Part shown: one piece after another, positions 47,999 through 60,000 of the stretch
Position numbering within the stretch: position 1 is the first letter of the stretch
How the letters are laid out: every line of letters begins with the position of its first letter
Source of the DNA: Macrostomum hystrix
Taxonomy: Eukaryota > Animalia > Platyhelminthes
NCBI GenBank assembly: GCA_950097015.1
Contig: CATNEN010000034.1
Span: 5,208,001-5,272,000, forward strand
Length of the DNA stretch: 64,000 nt
Direction: 5' to 3'
Translations under genes and position numbers: made by a program
The notes under the pieces: model-generated
Seen by the model: only the letters and a program-made list of their open reading frames with translations
Database searches by the model: none
What the model was told of the DNA's origin: nothing

Positions 47999-49192
47999 AT
48001 GTTAGACAGGATAATGTCATGTTAGACAGGAGAATCTCATGTTAGACTGGAGAATCTTATCTTAGACAGGAGAATCTCATGTTAGACAGGAGAATCTCAT
48101 GTTAGACTGGAGAATCTTATCTTAGACAGGAGAATCGCATGTTAGACAGGAGAATCTCATATTAGACTGGAGAATCTTATCTTAGACAGGAGAATCTCAT
48201 GTTAGACTGGAGAATGTCATGTTAGACTGGAGAATCCCATTTTAGACTGGATAATCTCATGTTAGACTGGAGAATCTTATCTTAGACAGGAGAATCGCAT
48301 GTTAGACTGGAGAATCTTATCTTAGACAGGAGAATCGCATGTTAGACAGGAGAATCTCATCTTAGACTGGAGAATCTTATCTTTGACAGGAGAATCTCAT
48401 GTTAGACAGGAGAATCTCATCTTAGACTGGAGAATCTCATCTTAGACTGGAGAATGTCATGTTAGACTGGAGAATCCCATTTTAGACTGGAGAATCTCAT
48501 GTTAGACAGGAGAATCTCATGTTAGACTGGAGAATCTTATCTTAGACAGGAGAATCGCATGTTAGACAGGAGAATCTCATCTTAGACTGGAGAATCTTAT
48601 CTTAGACAGGAGAATCTTATCTTAGACTGGAGAATCTTATCTTAGACAGGAGAATCGCATGTTAGACAGGAGAATCTCATCTTAGACTGGAGAATCTTAT
48701 CTTAGACAGGAGAATCTCATGTTAGACTGGAGAATCTCATTTTAGACTGGAGAATCTCATCTTAGACTGGAGAATCTTATCTTAGACAGGAGAATCTCAT
48801 ACTAGACTGGAGAATGTCATGTTAGACTGGAGAATCTCATTTTAGACTGGAGAATCTCATGTTAGACTTGAGAATATCATTTTAGACTGGAGAATCTCAT
48901 GTTAGACGGGACAATCTCATGTTAGACAGGATAATCTCATGTTAGACTGGAGAATCTCATTTTAGACTGGAGAATCTCATTTTAGACTGGAGAATCTCAT
49001 TTTAGGCTGGAGAATCTCATTTTAGACTGGAGAATCTCATTTTAGACTGGAGAATCTCATTTTAGACTGGAGAATCTTATCTTAGACAGGAGAATCTCAT
49101 GTTAGACAGGAGAATCTCATGTTAGACAGGAGAATCTCATGTTAGACTGGAGAATCTTATCTTAGACAGGATAATCTCATGTTTGACAAGAG
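47999..49192. repeat. Minisatellite, 20 bp unit GTTAGACA/TGGAGAATCTCAT
   Basis: About 59 units. Confidence 0.97.
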
Positions 49193-49624
49193 AATATTTT
49201 TTAAGCTTTTCTGCAATCGGTCGCTGCCTTCTGTCTCTTCCCTTTATCCCTAACTCTCTGACGGAAATCATTATTCAATGTACTTTTTCCAGCTCACAAG
49301 TCAACCATGCGTACAAGCGTGAAGTCGCGCTACTCAGTACCTCAGTTTAAAGTTTACAACTTATTGCATGACATGCGCGAACTCTGAATGTTCGAATTAT
49401 TTTATTAGTAAAGAAAGTGAAAATGTTTTTCTTCGATAAAACTTACTTAAAACTTTTTTTGCTCTGCGTTATGCATTCTTACATATATATATTATATGCA
49501 TATACTTCCTATGCATATATAAGTCGTAATACAACACAGATATGTTGACATATTATCTTTTCCAGTCAAGAGTTAAATTTTTCGCTCATTTTTTTTATTC
49601 CGAACGATTGAGTCATAGACTTTC

Positions 49625-50040
49625 ATAGGAAACTTTTTTGAGGGATTCTCAATGGACACCGTTTTGAGGAATAAATAGAGGAATTTTCGAGGAGATTCCG
49701 CAAGGAAAGTTTTTGAAGGGGATTCCCAATGGACAGGATTTAGGGGGATTCCCCAAAGGACGAGTTATTTTGGGGATTCCTAAAACACAAGCAATTTAGG
49801 GGAATTCCCCGTCTTCTTAGGGGAAGACCTATTATGGGGATTCCCCAAAGGACGAATTTTTTGGGGGATTCCCCAAAGGACGACTTATTTTGGGGATTCC
49901 CCGAAGGACGACTTATTTTGGGGGATTCCCCAAAGGACGACTTATTTTGGGGATTCCCCAAAGGACGACCTATTTTGGGGAATTGCCCAATGACTGGCTT
50001 TTGGGGTTCCCCTGACGGTTGATGTTAAGGAATTCCCCGA
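49625..50040. repeat. Degenerate ~28 bp repeat with palindromic core TTTGGGGATTCCCCAAA
   Basis: A GGGGATTCCC-type core recurs about 8-12 times. Confidence 0.85.
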
Positions 50041-50489
50041 AGAAAAAAATTTTTTCTAGAGCAAAATCTTAAACTTAATTAAAAGCTTCGAAATTCACAA
50101 AAATTCTAACCCATGCCAAAATCCTAGTTCCCTAATTCTTGCAAATGTGTCCAAGTGTTTGTCGTTTCGCTAATTTCTAACCCTTGAAATGAGAGAACAG
50201 CTCAGTAGGAGGGAAATACCCAATATTGGAGTGTCAGGGCCGAGTATTTATCAGAAGCCGACAAAACTCAAGTGGATGATTCTTCAACTAAGATTTTAGA
50301 GTGGTGTCTAGTTTTAGATACCCTCCGACTCGTCAATTGGTCACGATTCCAAGGTTGAGCTCAACTTGAGTATTAGAAGGACACTAGCTTCGCAGCTGGG
50401 ATTTATCTGTGTTATTTCACTAAATACTGATTAATGTCCAACGTTCAGGGTAACTTAGATAAAAAAATACTGGAGAAATACTGGGACAG

Positions 50490-52425
50490 AATGTGATTAG
50501 AGGACTGGGACACAGTTATTAGAGGACTGGGACACAGTTATAAGAGGACTGGGACACAGTTATAAGAGGACTGGGACACAGTTATAAGAGGACTGGGACA
50601 CAGTTATAAGAGGACTGGGACACAGTGATTAGAGGACTGGAACACAGTTATTAGAGGACTGGAACACAGTTATTAGAGGACTGGGACACATTTATAAGAG
50701 GACTGGGACACAGTTATTAGAGGACTGGAACACAGTTATTAGAGGACTGGGACACAGTTATTAGAGGACTGGGACACAGTTATTAGAGAACTGGGGCACA
50801 GTTATTAGAGGACTGGGACACAGTGATTAGAGGACTGGGACACAGTTATTAGAGGACTGGGACACAGTTATTAGAGGACTGGGACACAGTTATTAGAAGA
50901 CTGGGACACAGTTATTAGAAGACTGGGACACAGTTAAAAGAGGACTGGGACACAGTTATTAGAGGACTGGGACACAGTTATTAGAAGACTGGGACACAGT
51001 TATTAGAGGACTGGAACACAGTTATTAGAGGACTGGGACACAGTTATTAGAGGACTGGGACACAGTTATTAGAGGACTGGGACACAGTTATTAGAGGACT
51101 GGGACACAGTTATTAGAGGACTGGGACACAGTTATTAGAGGACTGGGACACAGTTATTAGAGGACTGGAACACAGTTATTAGAGGACTGGGACACAGTTA
51201 TTAGAGGACTGGGACACAGTTATTAGAGAACTGGGGCACAGTTATTAGAGGACTGGGACACAGTGATTAGAGGACTGGGACACAGTTATTAGAGGACTGG
51301 GACACAGTTATTAGAGGACTGGGACACAGTTATTAGAAGACTGGGACACAGTTATTAGAAGACTGGGACACAGTTAAAAGAGGACTGGGACACAGTTATT
51401 AGAGGACTGGGACACAGTTATTAGAAGACTGGGACACAGTTATAAGAGGACTGGGAGACATTTATAAGAGGACTGGGACACAGTTATAAGAGGACTGGGA
51501 CACAGTTATAAGAGGACTGGGACACAGTTATAAGAGGACTGGGACACAGTGATTAGAGGACTGGAACACAGTTATTAGAGGACTGGGACACAGTGATTAG
51601 AGGACTGGGACACAGTTATTAGAGGACTGGGACACAGTTATTAGAAGACTGGGACACAGTGATTAGAGGACTGGGACACATTTATAAGAGGACTGGGACA
51701 CAGTTATAAGAGGACTGGGACACAGTTATAAGAGGACTGAGACACAGTTATAAGAGGACTGGACACAGTTATAAGAGGACTGGGACACAGTTATTAGAAG
51801 ACTGGGACACAGTTATTAGAGGACTGGGACACAGTGATTAGAGGACTGGGACACAGTTATTAGAGGACTGGGACACAGTTATTAGAGGACTGGGACACAG
51901 TTATTAGAGGACTGGGACACAGTTATTAGAGGACTGGAACACAGTTATTAGAGGACTGGGACACAGTTATTAGAGGACTGGGACACAGTTATTAGAGAAC
52001 TGGGGCACAGTTATTAGAGGACTGGGACACAGTGATTAGAGGACTGGGACACAGTTATTAGAGGACTGGGACACAGTTATTAGAGGACTGGGACACAGTT
52101 ATTAGAAGACTGGGACACAGTTATTAGAAGACTGGGACACAGTTAAAAGAGGACTGGGACACAGTTATTAGAGGACTGGGACACAGTTATTAGAAGACTG
52201 GGACACAGTTATAAGAGGACTGGGACACAGTTATTAGAGGACTGGGACACAGTTATTAGAGGACTGGGACACAGTTATAAGAGGACTGGGACACAGTTAT
52301 TAGAGGACTGGGACACAGTTATTAGAAGACTGGGACACAGTTATAAGAGGACTGGGACACAGTTATAAGAGGACTGGGACACAGTTATAAGAGGACTGGG
52401 ACAGTTATTAGAGGACTGGGATAGA
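50490..52425. repeat. Minisatellite, 22 bp unit ACTGGGACACAGTTATTAGAGG
   Basis: About 88 units; the longest array in the window. Confidence 0.97.
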
Positions 52426-53299
52426 AAGGTCACAATTACGGGTCACAATGAGGTTAGACTTGGCTCATCTAGAAGCTCATGTTTCAAAGATGTGCAGAAA
52501 ACACTAGTAAAAAACTAGGGAAAAAACTAGATCAGAATAGATCAGACCGACATTTGATAGCGCTGCAAAACCGCTGTAAGTCCTTTATCTCTGAGAGAAA
52601 GTTCACTTTTAACAATGAATAAACGAGTCACTATTAATGATTAATATTGATCCTTCCACCTATAGCCTACTGTGAGTAGAGTAAAACAATTTGTAAGTTC
52701 GTAAGCTTCTCGTGTTACGATTTTTTTGCCACTCGGTAAATTTTTTGAGCGTAGAAGCATAGAATTCGACATGAAAGTGTTAGCTAAAGCATTTATAGGC
52801 TCGTATTTATTTATATGAAAGCTTTGACGCAAAATATAGATTGGTCAGCAATTAGTACAAGTAAACAATATTTTAACGATTTTTGTAAGTTTAACTAGGT
52901 CCTGCCATTAACAAACTTAAGCAATATTAATAGCTTGAATATGACTTTCAGATCTATTAGTTTAAACAAAAATAAATTCCATGTTAGAGCTAAAGGATCC
53001 ACGCATGGTCACTAGCAATCAATGGATAATTATGCGACACAAATTGAACAATAGTAATGCTGATAGACAATTAAACTTCTTTGTTTACATTTTAGGAAGC
53101 ATTTTGAACGCAATCACTGTAATTATCGCTAGCTTAGGAAGTTTTTATAATTGACTGAAGAAGTTTTATATGAGCCAATTAGGAAATCTGATGATTGATT
53201 GATTGAATCTGATAATTTCACACAACTAATTGATAAACACCAGTAAGTTAATCATTCAGCTAGTCAAAATAGTAATAAATTAACGTATTAAAAAACTAT

Positions 53300-53536
53300 C
53301 CATGAGTCAATCAATCAATTGACCAATCGACTATCAATGAGTCGATAAAACAATTAATCAATCGGTTATCAATGAGTCAACTAATCAATCGATTATCAAT
53401 GAGTCAATTAACTAATCGCCCATTCGTCCGATAATTGACCAACTAATCAATCAATCAATAAACAAATTAATTATCAATCAACAATTTAGTCAGTCAGATT
53501 AGTCGACTGATTCATCAATCAACCAATAAATAAATA

Positions 53537-53578
<42 letters not shown>

Positions 53579-53583
53579 CCAAC

Positions 53584-53621
<38 letters not shown>

Positions 53622-53645
53622 ATCAATCAATCAATGAGTTGATCA
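53300..53645. repeat. Degenerate (TCAA)n microsatellite
   Basis: Pure TCAA runs at 53540-53635 within a degenerate flank. Confidence 0.85.
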
Positions 53646-54081
53646 ATCCATTTAACCAATCAAAGATGGCAGTCACAAGTAGGAGCGCTCGCTGATCTAT
53701 CGAAGCTAGGAAGTTAAGTACTTGGACATTCCAGACAAATTTCTGCAAGCAAATGAATGTGAAAAGTACTTTAAAAAGCAAGTAGGCAAGGTAATTTAGT
53801 AGCGCGAGAAAAAACGACATAATTCGAGAATGGGGGAAGGAAATATATCACTTGGCAATCGCAGCATGAACTGAGAAACGAGAGCGACTAATCTCATTGG
53901 AGGGGAGAACATTGGAGGGGCAAGCGAGGATTTCGAGCGGATCAATGGAGCACGTGGAAGAGTCAAGTGTCTGTTTTGAGCACAAAATTTAAACAACTTT
54001 CCCGATTCTCCCCCAAAAAATTAACAAACTATTCCACGCCTATTCGTTAGATACTACTGTATAGGGCGGGCAAATTGTCGG

Positions 54082-57000
54082 TTAATCCATCGGGGAGTCG
54101 ATGGGGTGCAGTCGGTGGAGGCTGAGGCTGGTTGGGTTGAGGTCGGGTGTCAGATCGTGCGAGCTCGCCAGACTCTCAGCCTCCTCGGCTTCGTCGGCGG
54201 CTGCGGCGTCGTCCGCCATAGTCGACAGGGTGTCGCGAATCGCAGCCGTTGTGGCTGATTGCGACGCTGACGGCGGTCGGCTGAAACTGGCCGTGGCAGC
54301 TCGGGCCTGCTTCTCGATGACTCGACGGGCCTGAACGCAGACGTCGGTGCAGCATAGGTTGATCTTGGCAGCCTTCAGCTTCGGGTAGCGGTGCTGGATG
54401 TAGTCTGCGGACGGCCGGGCGGCGAATGAGTGCGAAGGACGTCAGTGGGCTGGATCTGGTGTCCACACCATTATCCACGCTCATACTGCACTCTCTCCTC
54501 ACTCTCTCCCCGCTCTCTCTCCGCTCTCTCTCCGCTCTCTCTCCGCTCTCTCTCCGCTCTCTCTCCGCTCTCTCTCCGCTCTCTCTCCGCTCTCTCTCCG
54601 CTCTCTCTCCGCTCTCTCTCCGCTCTCTCTCCGCTCTCTCTCCGCTCTCTCTCCGCTCTCTCTCGGCTCTCTCTCCGCTTTCTTTCAGCTCTTCCTCCGC
54701 TGTCTCCACTCTCTCCAAGCTCTCTCCGCTCTCCCCCGCTGACCTCTCCTCTCCCGTCACTCACCTCGAATGCCCATGGTGAGATTCTCGTCAAGCACCT
54801 CCTTATACTGGCCATTGCCAGTGAGGGACGATCTCGCCAAGGTGCCTTGCGAGAAGAAGTGCTTCATCAGGATGCGCAGGTGCCTTGTGGCGCTGCCGGA
54901 CGCCCGGCTGATGGACTCCTGATAATCAGCCGAGGTCATGCGGACCGCCGGATGGGTGTCCGAGAGGATCACGTACTTCTGCGATAGGTAGGGGATAGTT
55001 TTTGTGAAATCCCTGAAGTAGCTTTTATGGCTATTTTGTGATTCAAAACTTGTGCGGCATTTTTATATTAGTTTTTCTGTTTTTTATATTTGCTTTCCTG
55101 AAATTTTGCGCCTGTGCATTTTGTGGAGTAGGAAATACGAAGCGAAGCGCAATTCATCCATCATCCTCTCTTCCCATTCGGCTTTTCTTCTCACCCTCTC
55201 TCACCCAGCCCGTCCCTTTCTTACCCTTTCACTCTCTCTCAATCTTTACATTGAAATATAAGTAACAAAAGGTGATGATCGCATCCCGTTCAGCCTACTA
55301 TAAGTAGAAATATGGAAACATGACAATAGAATCTCGGGGGGAAAAGGTAACGAGAAACGGATTGACGATGCTAGAAAATTGGCGTCAACCAGTGTGCGGA
55401 AAACTCACTTTCCACTGATCCCAAAACGCCACTGTCCGGGGGTCTCAGATAGTATTTCCGTGGGAACATGGGAAATTTTGCGAACGAGTTGCGGGACAAA
55501 TCTTGGAGGCATTTTATTCCGCTGCGAAATGGAGATTGCAGCATTGTCTCTCCATCTGCAGGACATGTTTCATTACTGGGTTGGGATGATTTTCCCACGG
55601 AACAGCAATGAGAGGAAATACGATGACTAGCTTTTCACACGCATTCAAATTGACTCGGGTTTAGCTGTTGTGTATTTGTTCCAACTGAACATGACTTGTT
55701 ATGCATGTTTCGCTTCCGAATTATGATTTTTCCTTTAACTAGGGCTCTGAAATGGTGTACGAGTACGAGTGTCTGTCTCCCTGTCCACTCTCTAAAATCC
55801 CCTTGTCCACTCTATGAAATCCCCCTGTCCACTCTTAGAAATCGCCTGTCCACTCTATGAAATATCCCTGTCCACTCTATGAAATATCCCTGTCCACTCT
55901 ATGAAGTATCCCTATCCACTCTATGAAATCTCCCTGTCCACTCTATGAAATCTCCCTGTCCACTCTATGAAATATCCCCGTCCACTCTATGAAATCTCCC
56001 TGTCCACTCTATGAAATCTCCCTGTCCACTCTATGAAATCCCCCTGTCCACTCTATGAAATCTCCCTGTCCACTCTATGAAATATCCCTGTCCACTCTAT
56101 GAAATATCCCTGTCCACTCTATGAAATATCCCCTGTCCACTCTATGAAATATCCCCTGTCCACTCTATGAAATCTCCCTGTCCACTCTATGAAATATCCC
56201 TGTCCACTCTATGAAATATCCCCTGTCCACTCTATGAAATATCCCCTGTCCACTCTATGAAATATCTCCCTGTCCACTCTATGAAATATCCCTGTCCACT
56301 CTATGAAATATCCCCTGTCCACTCTATGAAATATCCCCTGTCCACTCTATGAAATCTCCCTGTCCACTCTATGAAATATCCCTGTCCACTCTATGAAATA
56401 TCCCTGTCCACTCTATGAAATATCCCTGTCCACTCTATGAAATATCCACGTCCACTCTTAGAAATCGCCTGTCCACTCTATGAAATCTCCCTGTCCACTC
56501 TATGAAATCTCCCTGTCCACTCTATGAAATCTCCCTGTCCACTTCCTGAAATCTCCCTGTCCACTCTAAAATCCTGAAATCCTGTCCTGAAATTCGGCGC
56601 AATATGCTTTATCCGATTTGGTGACTATGCTATTCTCCACTTCACTGCCTATTTAGTTCTGTTTTTTGTTCAAAGGCACAATGTGTGCCAATCTAACCCG
56701 GTACACTACCCGGTTCGCGTTATAAACCCCCAAGCAGTTTTTTTATCAACTTGCCACACACGCGACGCACTAATGGCATGCAGCAGCAGCAGCTGCAGTG
56801 CTTGACAAAATAGGAGAATATTGTGCAATTGTCGCATGCCGCAGACACAGGTGCGGGCTGCGGTGTGATTACACCTAAGCCACAAAGCCAGGCCAGTCCA
56901 ATTCCAGTTTATTGACTCACTAAATGCCGATTGCGAAGTCAGATGAACGGGTTTCGGACACCACGGCGGGTCCTGCTGGCCCGAGGTTTCGGGAAATCTA

Positions 57001-60000
57001 GTTTCGGCTATAGAATTTCCCTATTCCCACTATACCAACTATAATCCTCATAACCCTAAATATACAGTAAGGTGCAGGGGCCCTCAGTCGCTGCAAACAC
57101 AATAAACTATTGCTGCACCCATTCTGGCGCCCAGATCCACATGCTTAACTGCTTGCGTGCCATTTTGTCTATAAACTCTGTCTCGGCATTGGTGCTTATC
57201 AATTCAGATGACTGATAAAGAAAGTGTTTGATTCCCGTGCCAACAATCGAGCCAGGAATTGGGAAAACTTTTCTCATTAATTTCATGTTCACATTTTGAA
57301 TCTTAAACAAATGCTACTTTATTGAATGCCTGGTTACTGTGATTTACTAAGTAAAATTGTATGCAATATGATCTGAGACACTGATAACTAGCCAACACCC
57401 AACTACGAGTATAACAACGGCATAGCAACAAAAAAGAACCTGAAATGGCGTTATTGCTAGACAACAAAACAAATATGATTATCTTTAACTTTTTTGGCTC
57501 ACAGTCTTGTCAGGTACCATGTGATTCTGGGCTCCTTAGCAACTAATTGAAGGAGCAAGTCACATGATACTCAGATGGTGGGTCAATATAAGTATATTAT
57601 GCCTTAGTGATAACTTGGGCCCTGAGAAAATTTCTGTGATTTCCAGAAATGAGGACAGCGGCCAAAGCTATTGCAGAAGTCTTGAAATCTGTTAAACTGT
57701 GTTAAATGGAGTGATGAAATTTTGTGATCAGAAATTTTTTTTTCGAGAATCGTTGAACATCACGACGATGTCGAATGCCGATGTTTTGGAAGTTTTATCA
57801 CCGAATAGAGAGGGAAATTGTAGGCAGTTTTCTGAATTATATGGAAGAAAAGAAATTTTTTGGGTATTTGAAATCTGGCCTTTGGTCTATCTACTGTTAA
57901 GCTCAGCCCACTAGGTAGAACAGGCAGTCAGACAAGAGCCCCATTGTTTAAGTAATTCGAAACCTGTGTAAGTGCCTAGAAAGTTCTCCCAACTCTCAAA
58001 TAAAGATCCCTTCCACTAGTATAGATAGCGATCTCATGATTGCGGACTCCTTCAAGCTGATTATAATTATTCAGTGCTCCCTCTCTGACAGATCCAACAG
58101 GTGACCCAAACAGGAAGGCAGGGACTGGTCAGACTAGAAAAAAACCGATAAAGATAGGAAAACGCTTAGGAAGATGCTGTGTTTACACCGATCGCATCAC
58201 GACCTGCCCCCACGACACACAGGCTTTACCCCTTACTCGATGAGGAATAAATATTTCAGGCTGCCCAAATGTCGGGGATCACCCCCATATTTGGGTTTAT
58301 AATAAACAAATTTTGCCCAATGCCAACCAACCAAGCAAGCAAGATTGTGAAACATGAAAACACGGCCACCGACTGTAGTAGCACGGCTGGGACGCATTCT
58401 TTGCCTGCAATCCACAATGGCTTTTTATGCGGTGTCTGTCAGTTTCTTGCGCGCATCCCAAAAATGCGCGCATCAAGTGGCCCAGCTTCTCTACTAAAAT
58501 AGAGGAGAATGGGGATCTAATAAGTGGCGGGGATGTCATGTTAATACAGGCTAGCCCATTCAGTGCTATATTGTGACACATGTTCTAAAACGACTTGGAA
58601 AGCTGGGAAAAACGCAAAAAGACTTATTCGTTGGGAAGGGACAAAGAACTCGTGGTAGAAGCGCGTTTATTTTCGGACGACCCAGAAATAGGCCATCAAT
58701 ACCAGTTCAAGAATATGATGGGATGGCAAGCTGAAAATTTATCGATAAATTACAATTACAAACATACAACAAGTCCTTTAATGTACTTAAGAAGTACAGT
58801 TTCTGCTGTGGCTTTAGATACGCCTCTTGGTACGATTCTAGTTACGATTCTAAATACAACTCTCGGTACGGTTCTTGATACGCTCTTGGTACGATTCTAG
58901 ATACGCTTTTGGTACGATTCTAGATACGCTTTTGGTACGATTCTAGATACGATTCTTTGGTACGATTCTAATCTAGCTACGGCCCTTGGTACGATTCTAA
59001 TCTAGCTACGGCCCTTGGTACGATTCTAATCTAGCTACGGCCCTTGGTACGATTCTAGTCTAGCTACGGCCCTTGGTACGATTCTAGTCTAGCTACGGCC
59101 CTTGGTACGATTCTAGTCTAGCTACAGCCCTTGGTACGATTCTAGTCTAGCTACGGCCCTTGGTACGATTCTAGTCTAGCTACGGCCCTTGGTACGATTC
59201 TAATCTAGCTACGGCCCTTGGTCCGATTCTAATCTAGCTACGGCCCTTGGTACGATTCTAATCTAGCTACGGCCCTTGGTACGATTCTAATCTAGCTACG
59301 GCCCTTGGTACGATTCTTGTCTTGCATTCTAATGAATCTAGTTAAATCCATGTTGGGCTGTGAGGGAAGTTAAGAGCAAGTGTATAACAACAAAGCGAGT
59401 TTGAGCACAGAACTCCATGGAATCCCTAGTCGGCTCAGCTGCTCTTGATGGGCATTGAATAGGGACCGGCTGACACGCTAGATACAGGCTGTGGTAGTCA
59501 ATGGCAACCGGAAAAAACGATCGCCTGTGCAAGCCGCTTGACTTGCGTGTTTAACATCGCATGATGACGCTTTGGCAGGCTGTCTCTCTCTCTCTCTGTG
59601 ACTCTCTTGCGCTTGTACTCAATGGAAACAGTAACAGGATAGAATGAATGCAAAATCGGGGCGCATGTGTAAGCTGGCAATTGTCGCGCGGGCCAGCTCG
59701 GGCTCTCAGTAGTCACTTACTTGGCCTGAGATTGTACAAGTATTTCCACTATTATACTCTGTTATTTTACTTCGCGGCTTCTAAGACAGAGGGGAGAGAA
59801 GGAAGGAGTAGAGACAGACAGAGGGGAGAGAAGGAAGGAGTAGAGACAGACAGAGGGGAGAGAAGGAAGGAGTAGAGACAGACAGAGGGGAGAGAAGGAA
59901 GGAGTAGAGACAGACAGAGGGGGAGAAGGGGAGGGAGTATAGACAGACCGAGGGGAGAAGGGGAGGGAGTAGAGACAGACCGAGGGGAGAAGGGGAGGGA

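Noticed and set aside
54979-55012. Alternative upstream acceptor (55012) for BEN exon 2
   Set aside because: Its phase is incompatible with the phase-0 donor at 61668, whereas the acceptor at 54978 fits. It would need an unidentified intervening exon.
57107-57310. Protein-like short ORFs (also 47655-47849, 24059-24328, 20573-20788)
   Set aside because: No recognisable family or convincing splice context; may be TE debris but cannot be assigned.
58262-58350. RGSPHIW, resembling the Helitron Rep HUH motif
   Set aside because: Short isolated match in a frame that soon stops; no other Rep or helicase motifs.
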